Source of the DNA: Steroidobacteraceae bacterium
GTDB taxonomy: Bacteria; Pseudomonadota; Gammaproteobacteria; Steroidobacterales; Steroidobacteraceae
NCBI GenBank assembly: GCA_036267975.1
Contig: DATAVA010000026.1
Span: 8,482-72,481, forward strand
Length of the DNA stretch: 64,000 bases
Direction: 5' to 3'
The translations under genes and the position numbers were made by a program. Positions 1 through 9,732 of this stretch are shown piece after piece (the first letter of the stretch is position 1; each line of letters opens with the position of its first letter). Under the pieces are notes generated by a model, which was not told the DNA's origin, ran no database searches, and saw only the letters and a program-made list of their open reading frames with translations.

Positions 1-577
1 AGGTCTTCGGATCATCGATGGTCATGAGCAGATGCAGATGCATTCCATCCTTGCTCAGCTGGTAGCGTTCGGTCAGATGCAGGGCATCCGAGTGCGGCAG
101 GCCCTCATTGTCGAGCAACGTGCCGTCCTCGAATCCATTGCTGTCGACGACCAACGCATCGTCATCCCACTTGCCGACTGAATAACCGAGGTAGTGCGGA
201 TCCACATCGGTGGGCAGCGCCTCATCCAGGTACACGCGTCGTGGCAGTCGATTGATCTGGTGCACGAAGTACAGCGTCTTGGGCCGCTGCAGGATCTCGA
301 AGGGCTCGCGCATGAGCATCAGGCGCGGCAGCCCCGGGGGCAGGCAGTGCGTGACGCCATCGAATGAGTAGTCACCCTTGGCAATGGCGGTCTTGTGGGC
401 GTCATAAAGCGCGTGCGCGGCGGCAGTCAGCGGCGGTGTTTTGCCATCGACCGTCTTCAAGGCACCCACCTGATGGGAAATGAACCACACGCCACTCAGG
501 TCCGGTGCCGCCGCCGCAGCGTTCAAACTCAGGGCGCCCAGGGCGGCCGCCGACAGCAACGCGCGCAACGCTCTCAT
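1..577 (-). CDS. Secreted protein of unknown function, type-B member of a duplicated two-gene module (C-terminus cut by window edge)
   Basis: Not in ORF track because it has no stop in the window. Reverse complement from ATG 575-577 reads MRALRALLSAAALGALSLNAAAAAPDLSGVWF...HCLPPGLPRLM...YLGYSVGKWDDDALVVDSNGFEDG. Clear paralog of 9733..10497. Its ATG overlaps the TGA of 574..1392 (ATGA). Confidence 0.75.
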   Translation of the reverse strand, partial: MRALRALLSAAALGALSLNAAAAAPDLSGVWFISHQVGALKTVDGKTPPLTAAAHALYDAHKTAIAKGDYSFDGVTHCLPPGLPRLMLMREPFEILQRPKTLYFVHQINRLPRRVYLDEALPTDVDPHYLGYSVGKWDDDALVVDSNGFEDGTLLDNEGLPHSDALHLTERYQLSKDGMHLHLLMTIDDPKT

Positions 578-1392
578 TTGGCCACCGTCACGCCGTCCAC
601 CGGCGCGTTGCGATTGTTCTCTTCACAGACATATTCCTGCGGGCGCACGTCGGGTCGCCAGTGGTAGATGCGCCGATAGCTGTACGGATGCTCGAGGGTG
701 ACGGGGTCCTCGACGGTCATGAGGAGTTCGAGGTTCGAGCCGTTGTCGATTTTGCGGAAACGTTCGATCACATGCTCCTGGGTCGAATGGCTGCTGCCCT
801 CATCGTCGATGAAGGTCTTGTCGTTCAGTCCGATGGTATCGACCACGAGGGTGTCCCCCTCCCAGTGGCCGACCGAATCGCCGAGGAAGGTATGGGCGAC
901 ATTCTTCGGATGGTCACGGTTCATCCAGATGCGCCGCAGGTTGTGGGCCACTTCGTGAAGAAACGTGATCCGCCCGGGGGTCTGCACGATCTCGATCGGA
1001 TAGGGACTCTCCATGATGCGCGGCATGCCATGCGGAAGGCACTGGGTCGACGCATCGGCCTCGGGCGTGCCGCGATTCTTGGCGCGGATGCGCCGTTCGA
1101 GAATGGCCATGTACTTGGGCTTCAGAGGCGGCGCGACGCCGGGTTCCGGCCCGAGCAGATATTGATATCCCGCCAACCACCACACGCCGTTGAGGTCATG
1201 CGGATCGGGATTGCCGGGCGGCGTGCCCGGTGGGGCATCGACCGCGCCGCGCAAACCCGGCGTCAGCGCCAGAGTCGGGTCGCCGCTGTTGTTCAGCGTC
1301 TTGGGTGGAGGTGGCGCGGGTGGCGCTGCGATCGCGGTGGCGGAGAAGGCGAGACCGACGATTGCGAGTGAGGCCGAAATGAGGTTGCGCAC
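574..1392 (-). CDS. Secreted protein of unknown function, type-A member of duplicated two-gene module
   Basis: 272-aa ORF with GTG start behind GGAAG, a signal peptide and a Pro-rich linker. Blocks QCLPHGMPRIM, FLHEVAH, GDSVGHWEGDTLVVDTIGLND and C-terminal CEENNRNAPVDGVTVAK are shared with 10494..11345. Confidence 0.8.
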   Translation of the reverse strand: MRNLISASLAIVGLAFSATAIAAPPAPPPPKTLNNSGDPTLALTPGLRGAVDAPPGTPPGNPDPHDLNGVWWLAGYQYLLGPEPGVAPPLKPKYMAILERRIRAKNRGTPEADASTQCLPHGMPRIMESPYPIEIVQTPGRITFLHEVAHNLRRIWMNRDHPKNVAHTFLGDSVGHWEGDTLVVDTIGLNDKTFIDDEGSSHSTQEHVIERFRKIDNGSNLELLMTVEDPVTLEHPYSYRRIYHWRPDVRPQEYVCEENNRNAPVDGVTVAK

Positions 1393-1497
1393 TGGGCAGC
1401 TTCCGGTGACTTGGCCGATAGCGGCTATTGACTATACAAGGCAACAGTATCAGAGCAGAACTGGTAAAAGCACCGTGTAGACTGGCGTGAATCACCC

Positions 1498-3372
1498 GTG
1501 CATTTACAGATCGCGAGGGGGGCCTCCTTGAATTTCGGAATACGAAAAAAGTTTTGCCCGCTGGGCCTTGCGGTCGGTGTGGCGCTGGTCGCGCTCGGCG
1601 CGCACGCGGCAAACAATGACGGTCCGCCCTCCAGCGATCCGGCGCAACTGTTCCGGCAAAACTGTGCCGGCTGCCACGATCACCCCAAGGATCGCATTCC
1701 GCCGCGTGCCGTGATCGCGCGCCGCTCGCCCGATGAGGTGATGCAGATCCTCACGAATGGCTCGATGCGCGCCCAGGCCGCCGGTCTGGGCATGAACGAC
1801 CGGGTGGGCATCGCGACCTATCTCACGGGCAAGGCGCCCACCGGCCGTCTCGCGCCGACGCCGGAGAGCAATCCCTGCGCAGCGGGCGCGTCGGTCGATG
1901 ATGCGGGTGCGGGCTGGAATGGCTGGGGTCACGACATTTCCAACACCCGGTTTCAGGACGCGCCGGGTATCACGGCGGCGCAGGTGCCGCGGCTGAAGCT
2001 CAAATGGGCCTTTGGCTATCGGTCTTCATACGTCTATGGCCAGCCGACGCTGGTCGGCGGGCGCGTCTACGTGACGAGTTCCAGCGGCCGCGTTTATTCA
2101 CTGGATGCCAATACCGGCTGTGCGCATTGGACCTTCGATGCAGCCGGACCCGTGCGCACGGCGGTGTCCATCGCTCGCGTACACGGGCGCCTGCGTGCCG
2201 TGTTCGGCGATGACGCCAGCTTCGTCTACGCGCTGGACGCGGCCAGCGGGAAACAGTTGTGGAAACGGCAGCTCGATACGCATCCGGCCGCACGCATTAC
2301 CGGTGCGCCGGTCATCTACGCCCAGCGCTTGTACGTACCGCTGTCCTCGCTGGAGGAACTGTCGGCGCCGACACCGAGCTATGAGTGCTGCAAGTTCCGC
2401 GGCAGCGTTGTCGCATTGGATATCGCGACCGGCCGTGTGCTGTGGCGCACCTACACGATCGCGCAGGCGCCGCATCCCTATCGCAAGAACGCCACGGGGA
2501 CGCAGCTGTACGGGCCGGCCGGCGGTTCGGTGTGGTCGGCGCCGACCCTGGATCCAAGTCACGATCTGCTGTACGTCGGCACCGGCAATTCGTACACCGA
2601 CTTGCCGACGCGGCACACGGATTCGATTCTCGCGCTGCACATGAGCACCGGGGCAGTGGCCTGGGCCAATCAGCTGCGAGAACATGACAACTACATCGTC
2701 GGCTGTGACACACCGCAGTCGGCGGGGTCCGGCAACTGCCCTCACACCTTGGGTCCCGACGTTGATTTCGGCACCTCGCCGATTCTCACGCAGCTGCCTT
2801 CCGGCGAACGCCTCCTCATCACCGGCGAGAAATCCGGACGGGTTTACGCGCTGGATCCGGCGACCGGTCAGGAACGCTGGCACGCCCAGGTCGGCGTCGG
2901 CAGCAGCCTGGGCGGAATCGAGTGGGGCAGTGCGGCGGATGCCGACCGCCTCTACGCGCCGGTATCCGATGCCGCGGCGACCCAGGGGCCACCCGGCGGG
3001 CTGGTGGCGCTGCGGCTGCGCGACGGGCAGCGATTGTGGCGGGCCGCGCCGCCACCGCCACGCTGCAGCTGGGGGACGCGCGGTTGCCTTGCGGCCCAGT
3101 CGCAGGCCGTCACGGCCATCCCCGGCGTCGTCTTTTCCGGTTCGGAGGATGGCCATCTGCGTGCCTATGCCAGCGGCGATGGCCGTGTTATCTGGGATAT
3201 CGATACGGCCCAGTCCTACGCCACGGTCAATGGCGTGCCGGCTGCCGGCGGCTCACTCGACAATGGCGGCCCTACCCTCGCCGGCGGCATTCTGTTCGTA
3301 AATTCAGGCTACGGACGCATCATGGGCGAGCCGGGGAACGCGCTCCTGGCCTTCAGCGTGGACGGCCACTGA
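1498..3372 (+). CDS. PQQ-type beta-propeller quinohemoprotein dehydrogenase with N-terminal cytochrome c domain (polyvinyl-alcohol-dehydrogenase-like)
   Basis: 624-aa ORF with a signal peptide and a single CAGCH heme motif near the N-terminus. Repeated propeller blades follow (GRVYVTSSSGRVYSLD, VYALDAASGKQLW, VYALDPATGQERW, LRAYASGDGRVIW). The real start may be TTG 1528, behind AGGGGGG. Confidence 0.85.
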   Translation: MHLQIARGASLNFGIRKKFCPLGLAVGVALVALGAHAANNDGPPSSDPAQLFRQNCAGCHDHPKDRIPPRAVIARRSPDEVMQILTNGSMRAQAAGLGMNDRVGIATYLTGKAPTGRLAPTPESNPCAAGASVDDAGAGWNGWGHDISNTRFQDAPGITAAQVPRLKLKWAFGYRSSYVYGQPTLVGGRVYVTSSSGRVYSLDANTGCAHWTFDAAGPVRTAVSIARVHGRLRAVFGDDASFVYALDAASGKQLWKRQLDTHPAARITGAPVIYAQRLYVPLSSLEELSAPTPSYECCKFRGSVVALDIATGRVLWRTYTIAQAPHPYRKNATGTQLYGPAGGSVWSAPTLDPSHDLLYVGTGNSYTDLPTRHTDSILALHMSTGAVAWANQLREHDNYIVGCDTPQSAGSGNCPHTLGPDVDFGTSPILTQLPSGERLLITGEKSGRVYALDPATGQERWHAQVGVGSSLGGIEWGSAADADRLYAPVSDAAATQGPPGGLVALRLRDGQRLWRAAPPPPRCSWGTRGCLAAQSQAVTAIPGVVFSGSEDGHLRAYASGDGRVIWDIDTAQSYATVNGVPAAGGSLDNGGPTLAGGILFVNSGYGRIMGEPGNALLAFSVDGH

Positions 3373-3580
3373 GGCGCGGTCCGGATCCCATTATTGACGG
3401 CGGAGCATGGCAACCATGCTATGCACCAATCCGGCTCCGAGATGCTGGAATTGCCCTCCCGTAGCTGTTGTAATCTCAACCCGCGTGCGCCATTCGAACC
3501 AGGTGGCTAGAGCGTTGGGATCCCGTTTCGTGGCGACCAGTTGTGATTGAGGAAACTGCCGTTCCCGCAATCCCCAGGAG

Positions 3581-6127
3581 TTGTGTCCTTTGAGGTCTTG
3601 CTCGGGAAAACAAGCTCCGGATCGTTCCGGCCTGCTGCGGATTATCGTCGGTGCGGCGCTGCTGGGACTGGCCGTCGCACCCTTGCAGGTAAGCGCCACG
3701 CCGGCAACCCTGTCCGTTGCTGCAGAGCAGCATCTGGTGCAGCAGTATTGCGCCGTCTGTCATAACTACGAAGATTATGCCGGTGGCGTCGAGTTCGAGG
3801 TCTTCGACCCCAGCAAGGCGCACGAGAATGCGGAACTGACGGAGCGGATGCTGAAGAAGCTGCGCGCCGGAATGATGCCTCCGGCCGGCAAACCCCGCCC
3901 GGATTTCGACACCGAACAGGCCCTGGCGACTTCGCTGGAGAACGAGGTCGATGCCCACGCCAAGCCGAACCTGGCGATGCCGCGTCTGCACCGTCTGAAC
4001 CGCTCCGAATATCAGAATGCGGTGCGCGATCTGCTCGGACTGGACATCGATGTCGCCCAGCTGCTGCCGGCGGATGATGTGAGTCGCGGCTTCGACAATC
4101 AGGCGGGTACGCTGACATTCTCTCCGGCACTGCTGGATGCCTACCTGTCGGCGGCCGGTCGCATCAGCCGTAGCGCACTGGGCACGGCCGTGGCGACGAC
4201 GCAGGCGACCTATCGAGTCGCTGATGATACCGCGCAGAACTATCACGTCGACGGGCTGCCTTTCGGTACGCGCGGCGGACTCGCCGTCGAGCACACGTTT
4301 CCGGCCGATGGCACGTACACGTTCAAGGTGTTTGCGGTCAATCTCGGCAACATGGGCAACTTCCGGCCCTTCGGTGAAATCCGCGGCGAGCAGCTGCTGG
4401 TTTACGTCGATGATCAGCGCATCGCCCAGGTTGACTGGGACAAGGCGCTGAGCGTGACCCGCAATCTCGAGGAGGAGTCGACGGGGCAGCTGAAGACCAT
4501 CGATATCACCTTGCCGATGAAGGCGGGCCCGCATCGGATCGGCGTGACCTACCTGGCGACCAACCTCGCGCCCGGGCTGGACATGAATCACGCGTTCGAC
4601 CGTACCACCATCGAGACGGGCGGCCTGCCGGGGTTCACTTTCTTTCCGCACATCGGCCGGCTGCGCATCGATGGACCGGCGCATGCGACGGTGGCCACCG
4701 ATTCCCCGAGCCGTCGACGCATCATGTTGTGCAAACCGGTGGCGGGTCAGGAGGAACGCTGCGGCCGACAGATCGCGACGGAGCTCGCGCGCCGGGCCTA
4801 CCGCGGTTATGGCACCGATGCGGATGTGAACACGCTGGTGCAGTTCTTCGCCAACGGGCAACGCAACGGCGGCTTCGATACGGGCGTGGAATCGATGCTC
4901 CAGCGGCTGCTGGTCGATCCGAAATTCCTGTTCCGGGTGGAGAGCGCTCCCGCGCATGTCGCGCCCGGCGCCGCCTACCACGTCAGCGACCTGGATCTGG
5001 CGGCGCGCCTGTCGTTCTTCCTATGGAGCAGCATTCCCGATGACGAGCTGCTGCGTCTGGCGAACGCCGGTAAGCTGAGCAAGGACGACGTCCTGCGCGG
5101 CCAGGTGCGCCGTATGCTGGCGGATCCACGCGCCGCGGCACTCACCACCAATTTCGCCGACGAGTGGCTTGGCCTGCGCGCGTTGGCGTCGCATGACCCG
5201 GTGGTCGACCAGTTCCCGGACTTCGACGACAACCTGCGGCAGGCATTCCGGCGCGAGGTTGAGCTGTTCTTCGACAGCATGGTCACCGAAGATCGCAGCG
5301 TGCTCGATCTGCTGACGGCCAAGTACACCTTCGTGAATGGGGTTCTGGCACAGTTCTACGGCATCCCGGGAGTACGCGGCAGCTACTTCCGGCGCATCGA
5401 TCTGGATGACAGCCAAAGCGCGCGGTACGGTCTTCTGGGCAAGGGTGCGCTGATGATGATCACGGCGCAGCCGGGACGTACCTCCCCGGTAGTCAGGGGC
5501 AACTGGGTGCTGCGCACCATGCTCGGTACCCCGGCCCCCGATCCGCCGGCGGATGTTCCCTCGCTCAAGCCGCATCCGGTGGATCCGGCCGGCAATGCGA
5601 GCCCGCCGACCTTGCGCCAGCAGATGGAGCAGCATCATTCCGATCCGGTATGCGCCTCCTGCCACAAGATCATGGAGCCGATCGGGTTTGCGCTCGAGCC
5701 CTTCGATGCGGTCGGCCATTGGCGGACCATGGATGGCAGTCGGCCGATTGACGCGCACAGCCAGTTGTACGACGGCACGTCGGTGGATGGACCGGCGGGC
5801 GTGCGTGCCTTCCTGGTGCGCCACCAGGAACAGTATCTGCGCAATGTGACCCAGGCGTTGATGACCTATGCGTTGGGACGTGGTATCGACTACGGCGACA
5901 TGCCGATGGTGCGCAGCGTGCTGCACGCCGCGGCGCACGATAACTATCGATTCAAGGGTCTCATCGAAGCAGTTGTGATGAGTGATCTGTTCCGCATGAA
6001 TGTTGCCCCCGGAACAGACGACAAGGGCGCGACGCTGCATACGCAGGTCACTGGGCCGGCTGGCAGTACCCCTGCCGTTACGACCGCCAGTGCCGCGACC
6101 GCCGGTGCCCTGGACCCGGGCAACTGA
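3581..6127 (+). CDS. DUF1587/DUF1592/DUF1595/DUF1588/DUF1585-family protein with cytochrome-c-like CxxCH motifs
   Basis: 848-aa ORF with a signal peptide. N-terminal [16 protein letters not shown] and C-terminal [25 protein letters not shown] are typical of this planctomycete-type family. The start is uncertain (TTG 3581 or TTG 3590). Confidence 0.8.
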   Translation: MCPLRSCSGKQAPDRSGLLRIIVGAALLGLAVAPLQVSATPATLSVAAEQHLVQQYCAVCHNYEDYAGGVEFEVFDPSKAHENAELTERMLKKLRAGMMPPAGKPRPDFDTEQALATSLENEVDAHAKPNLAMPRLHRLNRSEYQNAVRDLLGLDIDVAQLLPADDVSRGFDNQAGTLTFSPALLDAYLSAAGRISRSALGTAVATTQATYRVADDTAQNYHVDGLPFGTRGGLAVEHTFPADGTYTFKVFAVNLGNMGNFRPFGEIRGEQLLVYVDDQRIAQVDWDKALSVTRNLEEESTGQLKTIDITLPMKAGPHRIGVTYLATNLAPGLDMNHAFDRTTIETGGLPGFTFFPHIGRLRIDGPAHATVATDSPSRRRIMLCKPVAGQEERCGRQIATELARRAYRGYGTDADVNTLVQFFANGQRNGGFDTGVESMLQRLLVDPKFLFRVESAPAHVAPGAAYHVSDLDLAARLSFFLWSSIPDDELLRLANAGKLSKDDVLRGQVRRMLADPRAAALTTNFADEWLGLRALASHDPVVDQFPDFDDNLRQAFRREVELFFDSMVTEDRSVLDLLTAKYTFVNGVLAQFYGIPGVRGSYFRRIDLDDSQSARYGLLGKGALMMITAQPGRTSPVVRGNWVLRTMLGTPAPDPPADVPSLKPHPVDPAGNASPPTLRQQMEQHHSDPVCASCHKIMEPIGFALEPFDAVGHWRTMDGSRPIDAHSQLYDGTSVDGPAGVRAFLVRHQEQYLRNVTQALMTYALGRGIDYGDMPMVRSVLHAAAHDNYRFKGLIEAVVMSDLFRMNVAPGTDDKGATLHTQVTGPAGSTPAVTTASAATAGALDPGN

Positions 6128-6138
6128 AGGAGCCGAGT

Positions 6139-7482
6139 GTGTTTTTCCTGACCAATAAGAAGTTGCCGCGGCGCACGTTTCTGCGTGGGCTCGGGACAAC
6201 GCTCGCATTGCCTCTGCTCGAGTCCATGCTGCCCACGCGTGGTGCCGTTGCAGCCCAGAAACAGATCGTGCCGACGCGCTTCCTCGGCGCCTTCGTCCCG
6301 CATGGCGTAGCCCCGGGCCACTGGATGCCGGACGCTACCGGACCGGGATTTACCTATCCTTACGTATACGAGCCGTTGCAGCCGTTTCGCAAGCACGTGG
6401 TGCTGACCAGCGGCATGTGGTCGAAGTCATCGGAGAATCCTCCGGGTGTCACCGGAGCCGATCACTTCGTCGCTGCCGCCTTCCTCACCGGCGTGAAGCC
6501 CAAGAAGACGACTGGCGCGGACATCCAGGTGGGGACGTCCCTGGACCAGGTGATCGCGGCGAAAATCGGCGGCGAAAACCTGTTGCCCTCGGTGCAGATG
6601 GCTGTCGAGGATCCGGGCGCGAACTCCAGTAACTGCGGCGAGGGTTATAGCTGCGTCTACACCAACACGATCTCCTGGGAATCACCGACGCGCCCGCTGC
6701 CGATGGAAATCAATCCGCAGACGCTGTTCGAGCGCATGTTCGGCGATGGCAGTTCGCCGCAGATGCGCAAGATGCGCCGCGAACGTCAGGCCAGCATCCT
6801 CGATTCCGTGAACGGCAGTCTGCGCGAGATCATGTCCGAGGTTCCGCATGGCGATCAGATGCGACTCGAGCAATACGCCGACGACGTGCGCGAGGTCGAG
6901 CGCCGTCTCACCATTGCCGCGCGCGCCTCCAGCGACGCACCGAACATGGCCATGCCGTACGGCGTGCCGGAGTCGTTCCATGAGCACATCCAGGTGCAAT
7001 GGGATCTGCTGGCGCTTGCCTATCAGGCGGACATCACGCGCGTCGCGACCATGCTGTTCGCGCGCGATCTCACCAGCCGCACCTTCCCGGAAAGCGGCAC
7101 GAACGCCAGTTTCCATGGCGCCTCGCATCACGCAGAGGATCCGGGCCAGATCGCGGTGTTCGCCAAGATCAACCGCTATCACGTGCAGATGCTGACCTAC
7201 CTGGTCAAGAAGCTCGATTCGATCCCGGAGGGCGATGGCACCGTTCTCGATCATTCGCTGATCCTGTTCGGATCTAACATGGGTAATTCGAATCAGCACC
7301 TGCATTACGACACACCGGCGGTGCTGGTCGGTGGCGCCTCCGGGCGCCTCAAGGGCGATCGGTATCTGCCGTATGCCAGCCGCACCGTGCCCACGGGCAG
7401 TCTGATGTTGAGCATCCTGGGCATCTTTGACGTTGAGGCGGAGCATTTCGGTGACAGTACCGGGCCGCTCCAGAATATTTGA
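6139..7482 (+). CDS. DUF1552 domain protein (usual partner of DUF1592 proteins), Tat-like signal
   Basis: 447-aa ORF with GTG start 6 nt after GAAGGAG. N-terminal RRTFLRGLGTTLALPLLESM. Located 11 nt downstream of the DUF1592 gene. Confidence 0.85.
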   Translation: MFFLTNKKLPRRTFLRGLGTTLALPLLESMLPTRGAVAAQKQIVPTRFLGAFVPHGVAPGHWMPDATGPGFTYPYVYEPLQPFRKHVVLTSGMWSKSSENPPGVTGADHFVAAAFLTGVKPKKTTGADIQVGTSLDQVIAAKIGGENLLPSVQMAVEDPGANSSNCGEGYSCVYTNTISWESPTRPLPMEINPQTLFERMFGDGSSPQMRKMRRERQASILDSVNGSLREIMSEVPHGDQMRLEQYADDVREVERRLTIAARASSDAPNMAMPYGVPESFHEHIQVQWDLLALAYQADITRVATMLFARDLTSRTFPESGTNASFHGASHHAEDPGQIAVFAKINRYHVQMLTYLVKKLDSIPEGDGTVLDHSLILFGSNMGNSNQHLHYDTPAVLVGGASGRLKGDRYLPYASRTVPTGSLMLSILGIFDVEAEHFGDSTGPLQNI

Positions 7483-7520
7483 AACGCATATTTCCTTGCA
7501 TGGAACGAGGGGGGGTTACG

Positions 7521-7895
7521 ATGAAAATTAGAACAGCGTTGGGTCTTCTTCTGGCTCTGAGCATCTGGGGTGGGGCCGCTTCCGCGCATCACTCGTTCGC
7601 GATGTTTGATGCAACCCAGACGAAGACCTTGGTCGGGACCGTCAAACAGGTGCAATGGACCAATCCGCACATCTGGGTACAGGTCATGGTGAAGGATGAG
7701 AAGACCGGGGCCGCCGCGGAGTGGTCCATCGAGGGCGGCAGCCCCAATGGTCTGACCCGTCAGGGCTGGCGCCGTACCTCCATCAAGGAAGGTGATGCGA
7801 TCGAAATCACCATCCATCCGCTCAAGGACGGTACCAACGGCGGCAGCATGATGAAGGCCATGATTAATGGTCAGCCGGTCGGCGCGCCCCGTTAA
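7521..7895 (+). CDS. DUF6152-family small secreted protein
   Basis: ATG 7521 lies behind GAGGGGGGG. Signal peptide then AHHSFAMFD...GTVKQVQWTNPHIWV...WSIEGGSPNGLTRQGW. The ORF-track start 7479 would overlap the upstream gene. Confidence 0.8.
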   Translation: MKIRTALGLLLALSIWGGAASAHHSFAMFDATQTKTLVGTVKQVQWTNPHIWVQVMVKDEKTGAAAEWSIEGGSPNGLTRQGWRRTSIKEGDAIEITIHPLKDGTNGGSMMKAMINGQPVGAPR

Positions 7896-7909
7896 CGGGT
7901 GATGGTGGC

Positions 7910-9712
7910 GTGAAGGCACTCAGACTTGCCCTGCTCGCAAGCGTCGTGTCCTGCGCGATGCAGGCTGCGATCGCGACCGCTGCCGGTACGCCGAGCAATG
8001 TCGTCGTCGTCAGCGCCATCCCGCCGGCAACGCCGAGCGAAGTTGCGGACGCCGTCATGCAGCGCGACACCACGCGTCTGCAGGCATTGCTGAAGGCCCA
8101 TGGCGACGTGAATGCGCCCCAGCCGGATGGCAGTACCGCACTGCACTGGGCCGCCTATGAGGGCGACGCGCATCTCGCCGCGATGCTGCTGGCGGCGGGT
8201 GCACGCCCGAACGTCAAGACCGACACGGGCATGACGCCACTGCTGCTGGCCTGCGAGGCCGGCAAGCCCGAACTGGTCGAGGAGCTGCTGCGTGGCGGGG
8301 CGGACCCGAACCAGACCCTCAGCGGCGGGGAGACCCCGTTGATGATGGCCGCGCGCACCGGCAGCGTGCCGGTGCTGAAGCTGCTGCTGGCGCGCGGCGC
8401 AAGTGTCGATGCCCGTGAGGTAAAGCGCGGCACGACCGCGCTGATGTGGGCCGCGGCCAATGGCAATCCGGAGGCCGTGCGGTTCCTGCTGTCGAAGGGT
8501 GCGGACCTCACTGCACGCTCGGGCACCACCGATCCGGGCCGCCGGCCGTATCTCGCGCAGACCGGGCGCGAGCGCATCCAGGAGTTCGTCGGCGGGTATG
8601 GCTTGGCCGGCCGCGTTGAAAAGCAGGATGGCTCACCGGCCGCAGAGCTTGCGGCCGCGAAGCTGGTGGCCGAGCAGATTGCGACGGCGAAACAGGTACT
8701 CGCGGAGCATCCGCTGCCGAAACCGCCACCACCGAGCAGGATTCGATGGGGGGGGCTGACACCGCTGATGTTTGCCACCCGCCAGGGCGATATGGCCACT
8801 GCCAAGGTCCTGGTGGAGAGCGGCGCGGACGTCAATGAAGTCAGCTCCTTTGGCTGGACGGCGTTGCTGGTTGCCACCCAGAACAAGTACTACAAGCTCG
8901 GTGAATATCTGTTGCAGCACGGCGCCAAGCCGAACCTTGCCAACGGCGGCGGCTGGACCCCGCTGTACATTGCGACCGACAATCGCAATATCGAAGGCGG
9001 TGATTACCCGGTGCGCAAGCCCGACATGGATCACCTGGATTTCATCAAGGAGCTGCTGGCGGCCGGTGCCGATCCGAACATGCGGATGCATTCGAGCACG
9101 GAGACCCGTACGGTGTTCACCAATCAATGGCTGGTCGAAAACGGCGCGACCCCGTTCCTGCGCGCGGCGCAGTCCGGCGACCTGGTGCTGATGAAGCTGC
9201 TGCTCGAGCACGGCGCAGATCCGTCCATCGCTACCGATTTCAGCGTGACGCCGCTGATGGTGGCCAGTGGCATCGGCTGGGTCGAGGGCGTCACCTATGA
9301 GTGGTCACCCCAGGAGACGCTCGAGACCGTAAAATTCCTGCTCGATCATGGCGCCAACGTCAATGCACAGGATACCGAAGACCTGCGTACCGCGCTGATG
9401 GGGGCAGCCCACAAGGGCCGCAATGATGTCGTCGAACTGCTGGTGCAGCATGGCGCGGACCCGGCCCTGCATGACATCGGCAGCCGTGACACGGTGCACG
9501 GCCTGGCGGGAGTTTCCTGGCAGGCGATCGACTATGCCGATGGCCTGGTGCGCGTCGGCGTGCAGTCCTCGATTGCCCATCCGGAAACGGCGGCGTTGCT
9601 GCGCAAGATGATGAAGGAGCGCGGTCTGGCCGTACCGCCCGAAGGCCGCACGCTGGCGTCCATCTGCATAACGGACCTGTGTAAGTCAGACGCACCCAGC
9701 CAGGCGCACTAG
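7910..9712 (+). CDS. Ankyrin-repeat protein with N-terminal signal peptide
   Basis: 600-aa ORF. Multiple G.TALHWAA / G.TPL..A...G......LL..GADPN repeats. N-terminal MKALRLALLASVVSCAMQAAIATAAG. Confidence 0.85.
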   Translation: MKALRLALLASVVSCAMQAAIATAAGTPSNVVVVSAIPPATPSEVADAVMQRDTTRLQALLKAHGDVNAPQPDGSTALHWAAYEGDAHLAAMLLAAGARPNVKTDTGMTPLLLACEAGKPELVEELLRGGADPNQTLSGGETPLMMAARTGSVPVLKLLLARGASVDAREVKRGTTALMWAAANGNPEAVRFLLSKGADLTARSGTTDPGRRPYLAQTGRERIQEFVGGYGLAGRVEKQDGSPAAELAAAKLVAEQIATAKQVLAEHPLPKPPPPSRIRWGGLTPLMFATRQGDMATAKVLVESGADVNEVSSFGWTALLVATQNKYYKLGEYLLQHGAKPNLANGGGWTPLYIATDNRNIEGGDYPVRKPDMDHLDFIKELLAAGADPNMRMHSSTETRTVFTNQWLVENGATPFLRAAQSGDLVLMKLLLEHGADPSIATDFSVTPLMVASGIGWVEGVTYEWSPQETLETVKFLLDHGANVNAQDTEDLRTALMGAAHKGRNDVVELLVQHGADPALHDIGSRDTVHGLAGVSWQAIDYADGLVRVGVQSSIAHPETAALLRKMMKERGLAVPPEGRTLASICITDLCKSDAPSQAH

Positions 9713-9723
9713 CAAGGCTGGGT
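9694..9723. terminator. Hairpin between convergent genes (possible bidirectional terminator)
   Basis: ACCCAGCC (9694-9701) pairs with GGCTGGGT (9716-9723), with a 14-nt loop containing the ankyrin stop codon. No U-tract. Confidence 0.3.
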
Positions 9724-9732
9724 GGCCCGCTA

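Noticed and set aside
3383-3523. GGATCCC ... GGGATCC inverted 7-mers and a 7-bp hairpin (3404..3420) in the 208-bp gap after the first PQQ gene
   Set aside because: These are short palindromic restriction-site-like words about 130 nt apart, and the hairpin is weak with no U-tract. That is not enough to call a repeat element or a terminator.
3476-4981. Long ORFs antisense to or out of frame with strong genes. Examples: 3476..4981(-), 5021..6208(-), 33062..34324(-), 36178..37692(+), 45950..47545(+), 60177..61217(-), 40545..41288(+), 15420..16049(+).
   Set aside because: They are Arg/Gly/Ala/His-rich with no motifs. They lie opposite genes with unambiguous family signatures. This is typical of stop-codon-poor frames in GC-rich DNA.
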